Positions 9,390-18,317 are shown, counted from the stretch's first letter. The stretch is DNA of 64,000 bases from Candidatus Anderseniibacteriota bacterium (GCA_040900375.1 JBBDZC010000015.1:8366-72365); one strand, 5' to 3'. Numbers and translations are program-made. Notes: generated by a model from the sequence alone, not told the origin.

Positions 9390-10331
9390 ATGGCGTTACC
9401 CTCTCGTCCCCTTGGCAATAACTCACTCTTTGTTTCATTGCTCGGTTTAGGCACGGTTGAAATCGGGCTGCCGTATGGCATTGGCGTGAGCGACTTGCCG
9501 AGTGAAGCAGAAGCTGAACGGATTTTGAGAACGGCAGTCGAGCTTGGTATCACCTATATTGATACCGCTCGCGGCTATGGGGTGGCGGAGGAGCGGATTG
9601 GAAAATCGGGCGTAGGTAAGTTCCCGGGAGTTGTTATCGGCACGAAATGCGCGCAGTTTTTAAAACAGGAACCAAATCTACACGGAATGGAACTGGAGCA
9701 AAGAATCCGCGAAGAAGTTGATGTGAGCCGTAAGAATCTTAATCAAGAAACCCTGCAATTACTCCAGCTCCATATTGAGTTGGCCAACTACATTGATTAC
9801 CGCGAACTCATAGAGATTATGCAAAAATTGATTGCGGAAGAAAAAGTCGCGCATGTCGGCATCGCTACCCGTGACGAAGCAGGGCCGCTTAATGCTTTGC
9901 AGAGTGATTTCTTTACCACAGTGCAGACCGCCTACAACATTTTAGACCAACGGATGGCTAAAAATGTTTTGCCGAAAGCTCAAGAAAAACATGTTGGTAT
10001 TATTAGTCGCTCCGTGTTACTCAAAGGGGCTCTTACCCCCGCCGCCCAGAAACTGCCAGAGGTACTCGCGCCACTCAAAGAAAATGCTCAAAAAGCGGCA
10101 AAGATTGCCCAAGATGCCGGCCTTGATTTACCGGCTCTAGCTCTACGATTTGTCATCTCCAACCCCGCTGTTTCTACCGCGCTCATTGGCACAGTCACCC
10201 CGGCGCACTTACAAACGGCAATTGCCGCTACTCAAGCCGGCCCACTTCCGCCTGATATCCTCCAGGCCCTCTATGGCCTGGCGATTAATGATCCGGCGCA
10301 AGTCGATCCGGCTAACTGGCCGCTAGTTTAA
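9390..10331 (+). CDS. aldo/keto reductase
   Basis: AKR signatures (LGTVEIG, ITYIDTARGYG). Start taken at internal ATG (MALPSRPLG) because the ORF-track start overlaps the divergent neuA-like gene. Confidence 0.8.
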   Translation: MALPSRPLGNNSLFVSLLGLGTVEIGLPYGIGVSDLPSEAEAERILRTAVELGITYIDTARGYGVAEERIGKSGVGKFPGVVIGTKCAQFLKQEPNLHGMELEQRIREEVDVSRKNLNQETLQLLQLHIELANYIDYRELIEIMQKLIAEEKVAHVGIATRDEAGPLNALQSDFFTTVQTAYNILDQRMAKNVLPKAQEKHVGIISRSVLLKGALTPAAQKLPEVLAPLKENAQKAAKIAQDAGLDLPALALRFVISNPAVSTALIGTVTPAHLQTAIAATQAGPLPPDILQALYGLAINDPAQVDPANWPLV

Positions 10332-10403
10332 AAGAGTGTGATTAAAGAAATAGCTCTCACAAAAACCGCAGTTTCGGCAAGAGCTTATAGTAGGTGGCTT
10401 ACT

Positions 10404-10811
10404 CTACTCTACCCCAAAGATCTTTGCTTGCAGCGGCGCCAGGACTTTACTGCGAGGGAGCAAGTCTCTGATAACTGTAAAGCGAGGGTCACGAAAATCA
10501 CTTGGGTCAAGTCCTATTTTCTCTAAACGGAAGTAGAGTCCACTACGCGTTAAGCCAAGGCTGCGACTAATCACGTTTATTTGAGCACCTGGCTGTTGGC
10601 GATACTCGATCAGTATTTTTCGCGTCTGAACAAGTCCGCGAAGGAAGTGGTGTACATCAGTAATCAGCTCTGCATTACCAGCCATAAAGGCTTTTCTTAG
10701 CTCACTACTAGCTTGATGATACAGTTGACCTATGGCTTTCTGCTCTTCCCCCCAGAAAGTTTGTACGCTTTCCTCGTATGTCACAAATGAACCACCTTCG
10801 TCTTTGGGCAT
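10404..10811 (-). CDS. HTH DNA-binding protein (Fis-like C-terminal helix-turn-helix), hypothetical regulator
   Basis: C-terminal ISRSLGLTRSGLYFRLEKIGL resembles Fis/NtrC-type HTH. Confidence 0.4.
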   Translation of the reverse strand: MPKDEGGSFVTYEESVQTFWGEEQKAIGQLYHQASSELRKAFMAGNAELITDVHHFLRGLVQTRKILIEYRQQPGAQINVISRSLGLTRSGLYFRLEKIGLDPSDFRDPRFTVIRDLLPRSKVLAPLQAKIFGVE

Positions 10812-10953
10812 AATAGGAACTCCCTTACAATTTAAAGTACGCTTTCGAAGTGCCTACTCAAAAGATGTAGGGCTTTAGTACAAAGAACCCCTTCGTATTA
10901 TTACCATACTGGAGAAGGATCTACTATAACAACCTCCTTAACCTTTTTTAACT

Positions 10954-11085
10954 GGGCGGGTGGCACGGTCAGGTTTTGTCTCGCTCGGCATCGTTTCCGG
11001 AGGGTGCCACCCTGAATTTATGAAGGGTGGGACGGCCGGAACTAGATGCAAGCCGAGTACAAAACCTGCCGTGACAGGACCCGCC
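10954..11085. other. highly structured palindromic element (candidate ncRNA/cis element or degenerate repeat-family member)
   Basis: nested inverted repeats: gggcggg/cccgcc outer, 17-nt ggcacggtcaggttttgt/acaaaacctgccgtgac, gtttccgg/ccggaac, and ccaccctgaa-tttatgaa-gggtgg core shared with the 3-copy repeat. Confidence 0.4.
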
Positions 11086-11856
11086 TTACCACGCCGTCCA
11101 TCCCCCATCCACCACTAACTCCGCTCCGGTCATATAGCTGGCCGCGTCTGATGCCAGAAAAACGAGTGGTCCACCCACTTCTTCTGGCTTGGCCATGCGC
11201 CCCAGGGGCGTGCGTAAGCCGTATTGTTCCTGGAAGGCCGCGTCGTGCTCCTTGAAGACACCACCGAGCGTAAGTGTATTAGCGCGAATGCCTTGGGCGC
11301 CGTAGGTAGTAGCCAGCCATTTGGTGAGCATGCGCACCCCACCCTTAGTAATCGCGTAGTCCACAGGTTTTTGCGCGCCCGCCGGATAAATCCGCTGATC
11401 AGGCCCGACCAGACCATAGATTGAGGAAATATTAATAATGTGACCCTGCCCGGCCGACAACATGTGCTTAACCGCCGCTTGGGCGACAAGCGTATAGCCC
11501 AGTAAATTGACATCAAGGCTCTGACGCAGCAGCGCGGGCGGATAATGCTCAAAAAGTTCTTGGTTCTGCTGGACCGCAGCATCAAACTTAGGATCAATGG
11601 CCGCGTTATTAACAACGACATCAAGATGCTGATGCTGGGCAACAACGGCGGCAAAACCCTCGGCAATAGATATGGGACTAGTGACATCCATGGTGATATC
11701 CGCCTGCTTTGCAATGTCAGTGACTACGACAGTGGCACCGGCGGCCGTAAGCGCGTGAGCAAAATGCTGGCCTAAAAAACCAGCACCGCCGGTAATGAGA
11801 ATAACTTTCTGGCTTAAGTTAAAAGGATGATCAGTCATGTAAGATCCATTATCCAC
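11086..11856 (-). CDS. SDR family NAD(P)-dependent oxidoreductase
   Basis: TGGAGFLG Rossmann motif near N-terminus; classical SDR length (256 aa). Confidence 0.8.
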   Translation of the reverse strand: MDNGSYMTDHPFNLSQKVILITGGAGFLGQHFAHALTAAGATVVVTDIAKQADITMDVTSPISIAEGFAAVVAQHQHLDVVVNNAAIDPKFDAAVQQNQELFEHYPPALLRQSLDVNLLGYTLVAQAAVKHMLSAGQGHIINISSIYGLVGPDQRIYPAGAQKPVDYAITKGGVRMLTKWLATTYGAQGIRANTLTLGGVFKEHDAAFQEQYGLRTPLGRMAKPEEVGGPLVFLASDAASYMTGAELVVDGGWTAW

Positions 11857-11871
11857 GACCCGAAAACGGCT

Positions 11872-12552
11872 CTACTCCCCCAGCACCGCATCAATTGCCG
11901 CTTGTAACCCCGACAGGCTGTACTGCCCCGTAAATTGGACATCATTGATAAAAAGCGAGGGCGTCCCTTGTAGACGCAACGCTTGTGCATCCACTAGATC
12001 TTGTCGGACCGCTTCCCGGTGCATCCCTTCATCGAGCGCTCGTTTAAATTGTTCGAGTTGCAAGTCCACCGTTTGGGCATGCTCTTCCAGGCCACTGCGA
12101 TCAAGCTTATTTTGGTTCGCAAATAAGACATCATGAAATTCCCAGAATTTGCCCTGAAGCTGTGCCTCGACGGCCGCTTCGGCCGCCAGTTGCGCGTGTT
12201 CATGAATTGCCGTTAGAGGAAAATGTCGGTACACGAAGCGCACAGGCTGTTCGGCATTGTTTTTCTTTAACTCTTGTAAGATCGGATGAAGCGCGCCACA
12301 CGCCGGACACTGAAAATCCCCAAACTCTACGACGGTGACTTTCGCATCAGCTGGCCCAAGTACAGGATCATCCGCGCGCACTAAACGCTCGGGCTGGTCA
12401 ACCGGGGCTTGCGGATCACGCGTGCCGCTGCCTGCCAAAAAAGCGCCGCCAATAATAATCAAGAGAGTGAGCGTCAGGACGCCAGCTAAAATCTTAGTCT
12501 CGCTTGTCATAATCATTGGTAGACAGTGTACTCCATACCAAGGCAAAGGCAA
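11872..12552 (-). CDS. DsbA-family thiol:disulfide oxidoreductase (membrane-anchored)
   Basis: CPAC active site in thioredoxin fold (FGDFQCPACGALHP); N-terminal TM anchor; start overlaps the VKOR gene stop. Confidence 0.75.
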   Translation of the reverse strand: MPLPWYGVHCLPMIMTSETKILAGVLTLTLLIIIGGAFLAGSGTRDPQAPVDQPERLVRADDPVLGPADAKVTVVEFGDFQCPACGALHPILQELKKNNAEQPVRFVYRHFPLTAIHEHAQLAAEAAVEAQLQGKFWEFHDVLFANQNKLDRSGLEEHAQTVDLQLEQFKRALDEGMHREAVRQDLVDAQALRLQGTPSLFINDVQFTGQYSLSGLQAAIDAVLGE

Positions 12553-12910
12553 CCAGCGTTAGCACCGCACTTACCACACACCAGCGGCACCACGCCTCAA
12601 TCACAAACGCCTCCAGGTAGGTCAGCCAAATAGAAACAACCAGCCCAATGCCAGTCAGCAGAAGCAGGGGAAAGTGGAGTCGGCGATACCACGGCGGTGT
12701 CCACAAAATAGCGGACACGCCCAGCAAGACATAAAAAATAATACCGTAGAGGGGAGTGGGTAAACCAAAAAGGTGGGCATAGGCGCTTCCCCGGACCTCC
12801 TCACAGCCGCCGCTCCCGCAAAGAATAGGGCCGCCACTGGTGTAGGTAATATAGAGGTAGCCGGAGATGAGCAGGCCCAAGATGGCAATAACGAACAAAG
12901 CTTTACGCAT
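12494..12910 (-). CDS. vitamin K epoxide reductase (VKOR) family protein
   Basis: 4-TM protein with loop cysteines (CGSGGC) and CRWC redox motif; adjacent to DsbA as in DsbB-less bacteria. Confidence 0.75.
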   Translation of the reverse strand: MRKALFVIAILGLLISGYLYITYTSGGPILCGSGGCEEVRGSAYAHLFGLPTPLYGIIFYVLLGVSAILWTPPWYRRLHFPLLLLTGIGLVVSIWLTYLEAFVIEAWCRWCVVSAVLTLVAFALVWSTLSTNDYDKRD

Positions 12911-12919
12911 GCCTGAAAA

Positions 12920-13729
12920 TTACTGTGCTCGCTTGCGCACCACGACTACCATACCAGTAGCCGCCAGCCACGGGGAAATAGCCGTCAGTACCTTTTGGAC
13001 CGCCCGGCCTGCCATGTTGAGCTTATAGGGCTCGGCTCCCCGGAAGATACGCCAGTCAACATACAGTCCATAGTGGCCATGGCTTTCGGGCAATTCGTGC
13101 GGACGCGTTTCAAGAACTTCAAACTGGGCCACCTGCAGACGCCTAAGGAGAGTCGCCCGGACAAACAAATAATGGGCAAAGGTTGGCTTTTCCCCTTGGC
13201 GGGTTTTCAAGAGAAACTCTAGACGCTTGAGAGGAATGTAGAATAAGCGCCGCAAAATATTAGCCGACGGCACTTCCATAAAAAAGATACCGCCCGGTTT
13301 TAAGACCCGATGTACTTCCCGCAACGCTTGCGGCATCTCGTCTTCCACGTATTCCAGTGTGCCGATGGCCAGCACACCGTCAAAGTACTGGTCGGGATAC
13401 GGTATCTGGGTAATAGACGCCACTTTGACCCTGATATCCGGATCATATTCTGTCAGGGCTCGCACCGTTCGCGCCGCCGTATCAATCCCTTCCACGTTAT
13501 ACCCCTCATCGCGCAAAAACAGGATCCAGCCCCCGATCCCACAGCCGGCATCTAAGTACTGCCGGCCGGGGCGAAAATATTTTTGCAGCAGCGGCCAAAA
13601 ACCTTGCTGCCGAAAATCGTCGGTACTTTTGCCGGCAATATGTTCGCGGGCATACTTATCTTCCCAATAGCGATCGGGATCAAAGTTCGCGGGGTAGAAT
13701 TTATGAATCTTGTACATCACCTTTTTCAA
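12920..13729 (-). CDS. class I SAM-dependent methyltransferase
   Basis: motif I LDAGCGIGGW; about 270 aa. Confidence 0.75.
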   Translation of the reverse strand: MKKVMYKIHKFYPANFDPDRYWEDKYAREHIAGKSTDDFRQQGFWPLLQKYFRPGRQYLDAGCGIGGWILFLRDEGYNVEGIDTAARTVRALTEYDPDIRVKVASITQIPYPDQYFDGVLAIGTLEYVEDEMPQALREVHRVLKPGGIFFMEVPSANILRRLFYIPLKRLEFLLKTRQGEKPTFAHYLFVRATLLRRLQVAQFEVLETRPHELPESHGHYGLYVDWRIFRGAEPYKLNMAGRAVQKVLTAISPWLAATGMVVVVRKRAQ

Positions 13730-13747
13730 TTAAAATTTATCTCTCCC

Positions 13748-15673
13748 TTACTTCATGTAGGGCTTTAAATGCTCGAGAGCTTGTAAGAACCCGCGGCCCC
13801 CATGTAAATGACCCTGCCAAATTTCCGGTACCATAGTGTAGGCGTAGCCTTGTAAGGGCTGCAAGGTGGCGGCCCAATCAATAGTACCACTGCCGATCTG
13901 CAAACCCTCGTCACCTACCCCCGCCCCATCGGCCACGTGCAGGTGGCGAATATAGGGCTTGAGCAGCGTGATCATTTCTACCAACGACACGTGGGCCACA
14001 TTACAGGCTAATGCCGCGTGCGACGTATCAAAACACATATTATATCCCGTGGCGTCTAAGAAGGCTTTAATTTCCGGACCAAGCAGGAAAATATTCGTCA
14101 CCCACTCTCCCCCAAACACCCACGGCCGCGGCGGTAAATTTTCTGGCAGCAATTCTACGTCGGCAGCGCGTAGCTGCGACAGAGTATCAGCAAAGATATC
14201 TAAAAACTTTTGCGGGTTCTCGACCGGCTTTAACGTTATGCCACCCGGATGAATAATAAATGAGGGTTTGCCTTGAAACGACTCGGCTAACCGCCGTGTG
14301 AGATCAATACTCCGCTGCAGTGTTGTAATTGCCAGCTGGCGTTCTTCCAGGTCCTCCGCCGCGGGGTTTAAGTAATGGCGGTGCATATACTCGGGCGCAT
14401 GGACAACGAGCTGCTGCGGATATTTGCCCGTCGGCAACGTTTCCTCTAAATCTTTATCACTCAAATGAAATTCAAAGAGCGCGGGCTGATACGGCAAATA
14501 CTGGGCAAAGTCGTTGAAGCGCACGACCGGCCCCCAGGCCCAAGGAATAGACGAACCATCAAAAGCCTTCAACTCTTTAACGCTCTTAATATCATCAAGA
14601 GTCAGCGCATCCCCCGCAAAAATATCTCGCTGGGCGACAATCCCTACCACGTCATGCATGCGCTGGGGCGACAATCCCTTGGCTGGGCTTTTAGTGGTGA
14701 GCATGTCGCGTGTTATAGTCGTGCCATCAGCGATAAAACGAGCCGCCACAATACTTTTAGCGAGCAGCTCTCGATTCATAATTTCTCCCCGCGAGAGCTG
14801 TTTTTGGGGCTGGCCGATGGCTTGCTCCACTTCCCGAATGCCGGTCACCATGGCCGCAAACTCGGCCGGCAACAGGCTCGCTTTATGATCTGGACCTTCG
14901 AGGTTTTTATCAACGGTCAGGTGACGCTCAATAATGCAGGCCCCGCGCGCTACAGCAGCAATCGCTACGGCTATTCCCCGCTCGTGGCCGGAGTAGCCAA
15001 TGGGCACCCGGTAGCGCGCTAATTTCTCCATGAAGCGCAAATTAATTTCATCGAATGGCGCTGGATACGTGCTATTGCAATGCAGCAGCGCAAAATCAAT
15101 ACCCAGCGTGCGTAGGAATGCCACCCCAGTGGCAATTTCGGGGGCTTCACTCATGCCGGTTGAGACAATCATGGGCTTTTTAGTCCGCGCGATGTATTCC
15201 AATAATTCATTATTGGTAAAATCCGGAGAGCCAATTTTATAGAGCGGTACATGCAGCAGCGCCTCAATGACATCACAGCTTTTTTTATCCCAGGGGTTCA
15301 CCATAAATAATATGCCCCGCTCCTGGGCATAGTGTTCCAGCGCCACAAAGGCTTCATCGGGCAGTTCAAATTCTTGCAGTAAGGGAATTAAGTACTGATA
15401 CTTTTGCTCGGCGCTATTGGGGTTTTCTAAAATCTTACTTTGATACACCTCGGCTAAGTTTCGCTTCTGGAATTTCACCGCATCGGCGCCCGCGGCAACC
15501 GCCGCATCAATCAACGCTTTGGCGCGCTCCAGGCTGCCATTGTGGTTAATGCCGGCTTCCGCAATAACAAAAGTCGGCTCGCCCGGGCCGATTTTCCGTG
15601 CTCCGACTATAAGGGGGGTCACTGACATAGGGGTATGTGTAGTATAGCACTGGTCTTCTGTCCAGAGCTTCAC
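13748..15673 (-). CDS. N-acetylneuraminate (nonulosonic acid) synthase NeuB-like, fused to a C-terminal sugar-phosphate isomerase/epimerase-like TIM-barrel domain
   Basis: N-terminal residues about 15-350 match NeuB (FVIAEAGINHNGS, SAF-like C-terminal subdomain). An extra about 290 aa (…HLSDKDLEE…FIIHPGG…HLHVADG…) resembles the xylose-isomerase-like TIM-barrel family. Confidence 0.7.
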   Translation of the reverse strand: MKLWTEDQCYTTHTPMSVTPLIVGARKIGPGEPTFVIAEAGINHNGSLERAKALIDAAVAAGADAVKFQKRNLAEVYQSKILENPNSAEQKYQYLIPLLQEFELPDEAFVALEHYAQERGILFMVNPWDKKSCDVIEALLHVPLYKIGSPDFTNNELLEYIARTKKPMIVSTGMSEAPEIATGVAFLRTLGIDFALLHCNSTYPAPFDEINLRFMEKLARYRVPIGYSGHERGIAVAIAAVARGACIIERHLTVDKNLEGPDHKASLLPAEFAAMVTGIREVEQAIGQPQKQLSRGEIMNRELLAKSIVAARFIADGTTITRDMLTTKSPAKGLSPQRMHDVVGIVAQRDIFAGDALTLDDIKSVKELKAFDGSSIPWAWGPVVRFNDFAQYLPYQPALFEFHLSDKDLEETLPTGKYPQQLVVHAPEYMHRHYLNPAAEDLEERQLAITTLQRSIDLTRRLAESFQGKPSFIIHPGGITLKPVENPQKFLDIFADTLSQLRAADVELLPENLPPRPWVFGGEWVTNIFLLGPEIKAFLDATGYNMCFDTSHAALACNVAHVSLVEMITLLKPYIRHLHVADGAGVGDEGLQIGSGTIDWAATLQPLQGYAYTMVPEIWQGHLHGGRGFLQALEHLKPYMK

Positions 15674-15809
15674 TCACTGCCACTTTTTTCAATTTATTTG
15701 TCCAGTGGAACCTAAAAAAAGAGCCCAGTGCAAAAATTTTCGTTTTGCAAAGGGCTCAAGGACCAAGACCAAAGGATCAACCAAGACCCGAGGGAACAAG
15801 ACCCAAAGA

Positions 15810-16404
15810 TCAACTTGCGAGAAGGACAGCCGGGCTCCGCGAGCCCCAGCCACCGCCGAGCCAGCCGTCGCCCCAGAACCAGTGCCCGCTCTCGAAGCAC
15901 AGAGAGCGCACGCAGAGGTCGCCGTCAGCGTCCCGGTAGATGGTGCCCCAGAAGTAGATGTAGAGGGTGTTGCCCTGCTCATCCACCTTCCACTCGTCGG
16001 GGACGAGATGGGGATGCCGGATCAGGTAGTCGAGGACGTTCGCGTTGAGCACGGGCCGTTCCGCCAGTTCCCGACGCAGCTTGTTGCCCTCGATGGACTT
16101 CTCGCCGCGCTGGTTGTCCGACAGGTAGAGTGACAGCTTGGACGGATCCCAGGAAAACTGGCCGCCCTTCTTGTGCTCCTCCACCTTCCAGTCCTCGTAA
16201 GGCAGAAGGGGGTCGGCGTCGCAGTCGATGACGTGCTTGGCCTGCGTCAGCCCGGCGTGACCGCGAACGAAGCAGAGCAGTTGACGGAGCTTTTCCTCGC
16301 TCTGCGCCAGGACGGTGAAGTCCTTGGGCTCGAAGCCCGCCTTGCAGGCCGTGAGGACCAGCTCGTGAGCCAGACCAACGCTGATGTCAGACGACGTAGC
16401 CATG
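15810..16404 (-). CDS. hypothetical protein in GC3-rich compositional island (likely horizontally acquired)
   Basis: third-codon-position G/C bias much stronger than neighbours. AAGGAG RBS 9 nt upstream of ATG at 16402-16404 (MATSSDIS...). No recognisable domain; W/G-rich C-terminal tail. Confidence 0.45.
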
Positions 16405-16663
16405 CTACACATCTCCTTGGTGGTGACACATCCCGGAACAACCAGGACACATCGATGAACGAAGCAACTGTTGCTCTTCAAGAGAGCAGGCTAGGCCACC
16501 CTAGGCTTTGCCACAGCAGAAAAAGCCCTAGAAAGACACTCTCTGCCGTGGCAAATATCGCAAGTACTATTGAAAAGAACTGCCAAAATACTAACTTATA
16601 ATTATACTCCTATTTCCTCACAATGTCAACCCCGTTAGAGCCAGGCTGTCTCGCCAGAGCCTT

Positions 16664-17470
16664 TTAAGGTGAAGCGCGGGCTCGCCTCGCCGAAGCCTTA
16701 GGCGAAGGGCGGGTCTCTAATGGGGTCAAAACCGCGCGGACAGGAGCGCCATCGAGATCCACCGCCAAGGGCAGGCAGAGTAGTTCATAGTCTCCTGCTT
16801 CCACCTCTGCCAACCACAATCCTTCGATAATTATAATCCCGGCGTCGAGTAACATTTTATGGACGGTATCGCGAACACCTCTTTTCTTGACTGACGGCCC
16901 GTCAATACCGACGAGTTTTACTCCGCGCGCGACCAGCTCTTTGGCCGCACTTTCTGCGAGTGCCACAAAGTCGGGATCAAAAATTTCGAGTGAACCGGCA
17001 GAATTACTAGTTTTAAAGAGCACGCGCTCACCGGCAACCGGCGGTATATCGGCTGCGACAATAGTGTCAGCAGTGGCCGTAAGATCAATCACGACGCAGC
17101 GTCCACATAACTGTTCTAATGAATACATTGCCGTACCATGACCCCTGGGTGTTATGTGAGCCGGGGCGTCAATGTGGGTACCGGTATGAGAACCTAAAAT
17201 TATTTGCGTTAATGCACTCGAGGTAGCTGAAGCTTGCGCATGCGGTGTTAGGTGCACCGGAGGATTGCCAGGGTAAATAGCCAGGCGCTCATTAATCGGC
17301 CGGGTGATGTCAACCCATTCGGCGCCCCGGTCTTTTAAGACCGTGGTTTGCTTAGGGGTTGACTCTGAGCGTTTATCTTTGCCCTGAAGGGCCGAGCTGG
17401 CGCGAGTCGAAGAGTCAATCATTTTTTCCCTTAACGGCATGTCCTCCAAATTCCCGGCGCAGCGCCGCAA
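16664..17470 (-). CDS. cyclase-family protein (kynurenine formamidase-like metal-dependent hydrolase)
   Basis: HTGTHIDAPAH cyclase motif. Start uncertain: the M-initiated start MIDSS is at 17422 and its first codons lie inside repeat copy 2, but an upstream alternative start at 17470 is possible. Confidence 0.7.
   Translation of the reverse strand: MRRCAGNLEDMPLREKMIDSSTRASSALQGKDKRSESTPKQTTVLKDRGAEWVDITRPINERLAIYPGNPPVHLTPHAQASATSSALTQIILGSHTGTHIDAPAHITPRGHGTAMYSLEQLCGRCVVIDLTATADTIVAADIPPVAGERVLFKTSNSAGSLEIFDPDFVALAESAAKELVARGVKLVGIDGPSVKKRGVRDTVHKMLLDAGIIIIEGLWLAEVEAGDYELLCLPLAVDLDGAPVRAVLTPLETRPSPKASARRARASP
17310..17418. repeat. nested-palindrome repeat family, copy 2 (diverged)
   Basis: gtcaacccattc...ccgtggtttgcttaggggttgactct...gccctgaagggc...gagtcgaagagtcaa aligns with copies 1 and 3, with compensatory changes in the central hairpin. 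Confidence 0.6.
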
Positions 17471-18317
17471 TTAACTTAGCCGAGAAGGCCTCGGGAGTGC
17501 GCGAATCAAAGCGGGCATATAAGGCGGCCGTATTCACCCAGAATGGCACCGCCGCTTCCACGGCCGCGCTGACTGACCAGCGCCCTTCCCCACTATCCTC
17601 CACATACGCTGCAATGTCCTGTAAGTCTGCATCACGCGCGAGCGCCTTGGCAGTTAGTTCCATGAGGAATGAGCGAACAATGGTGCCTTGGCTCCAGAGT
17701 TGCGCCACGGTGGCGAGCGGAATGTCGGGAAAAGGACCAGATTTAAGAAGCGCAAACCCCTCACCAATGGCTTGCATCATGCCGTACTCGACTGCGTTAT
17801 GGACCATTTTTACAAAATGGCCGGCACCGCTCGGCCCCACGTGCGCAAAAGCCTCGGGGGCATGTAATGCCGCAAAAACTTCTTTTACGGCGACGATGTC
17901 CTTATCCTCCCCACCCACCATTAAGGCATAGCCGTGCTCGGCCCCGGCTACTCCGCCGCTTACCCCCGCGTCAATAAAGCGAATGCCCCGCTCTGCCAAG
18001 ACTACTGCACGCTGGCGCGTTTCTTTGAAAAAACTATTACCCCCATCAATGACAGTATCGCCAGGTTCTAGGAGCGGCGTGAGCGCGGTTACCGCTTCGG
18101 CAACCGCGGGAGCGGGAACCATTAGCCAGACGATACGCGGCACAGTAAGGGCCATAACCAGACTAGCCAGCGAGTCAACCGGGCGGCCGCCGTGGGCGAC
18201 AATATCTGCACGAGCTGCTGCGGCCGAATCAAACGCCTGCACCGTATGCCCGGCGGCAGCCAGCCGCCGTAAGATGCCTTTACCAATTTTACCTACGCCG
18301 ACTAAACCAAGTGTCAT
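17415..18317 (-). CDS. 6-phosphogluconate dehydrogenase-like NAD(P)-binding protein (short YqeC-type form)
   Basis: N-terminal GxGxxG (LVGVGKIG); central MVHNAVEYGMMQAIGEGF, typical of the 6PGDH/HIBADH superfamily. Confidence 0.65.
   Translation of the reverse strand: MTLGLVGVGKIGKGILRRLAAAGHTVQAFDSAAAARADIVAHGGRPVDSLASLVMALTVPRIVWLMVPAPAVAEAVTALTPLLEPGDTVIDGGNSFFKETRQRAVVLAERGIRFIDAGVSGGVAGAEHGYALMVGGEDKDIVAVKEVFAALHAPEAFAHVGPSGAGHFVKMVHNAVEYGMMQAIGEGFALLKSGPFPDIPLATVAQLWSQGTIVRSFLMELTAKALARDADLQDIAAYVEDSGEGRWSVSAAVEAAVPFWVNTAALYARFDSRTPEAFSAKLIAALRREFGGHAVKGKND

Noticed and set aside
11130-11714. 194-aa minus-strand ORF in an alternative frame inside the SDR gene, plus similar internal ORFs listed in the track (e.g. 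1277-1510, 2922-3104, 23087-23395)
   Set aside because: Fully nested in well-supported genes with recognisable domains. Arg/Ser-rich junk composition.
15689-16133. Long plus- and minus-strand ORFs (15705-16133, 15728-16048, 15745-15939, 15689-15982) rich in Ala/Pro/Arg
   Set aside because: They are shadow frames across the GC3-rich island gene. Low-complexity composition, no RBS, and they overlap the better-supported minus-strand ORF 15810-16404.
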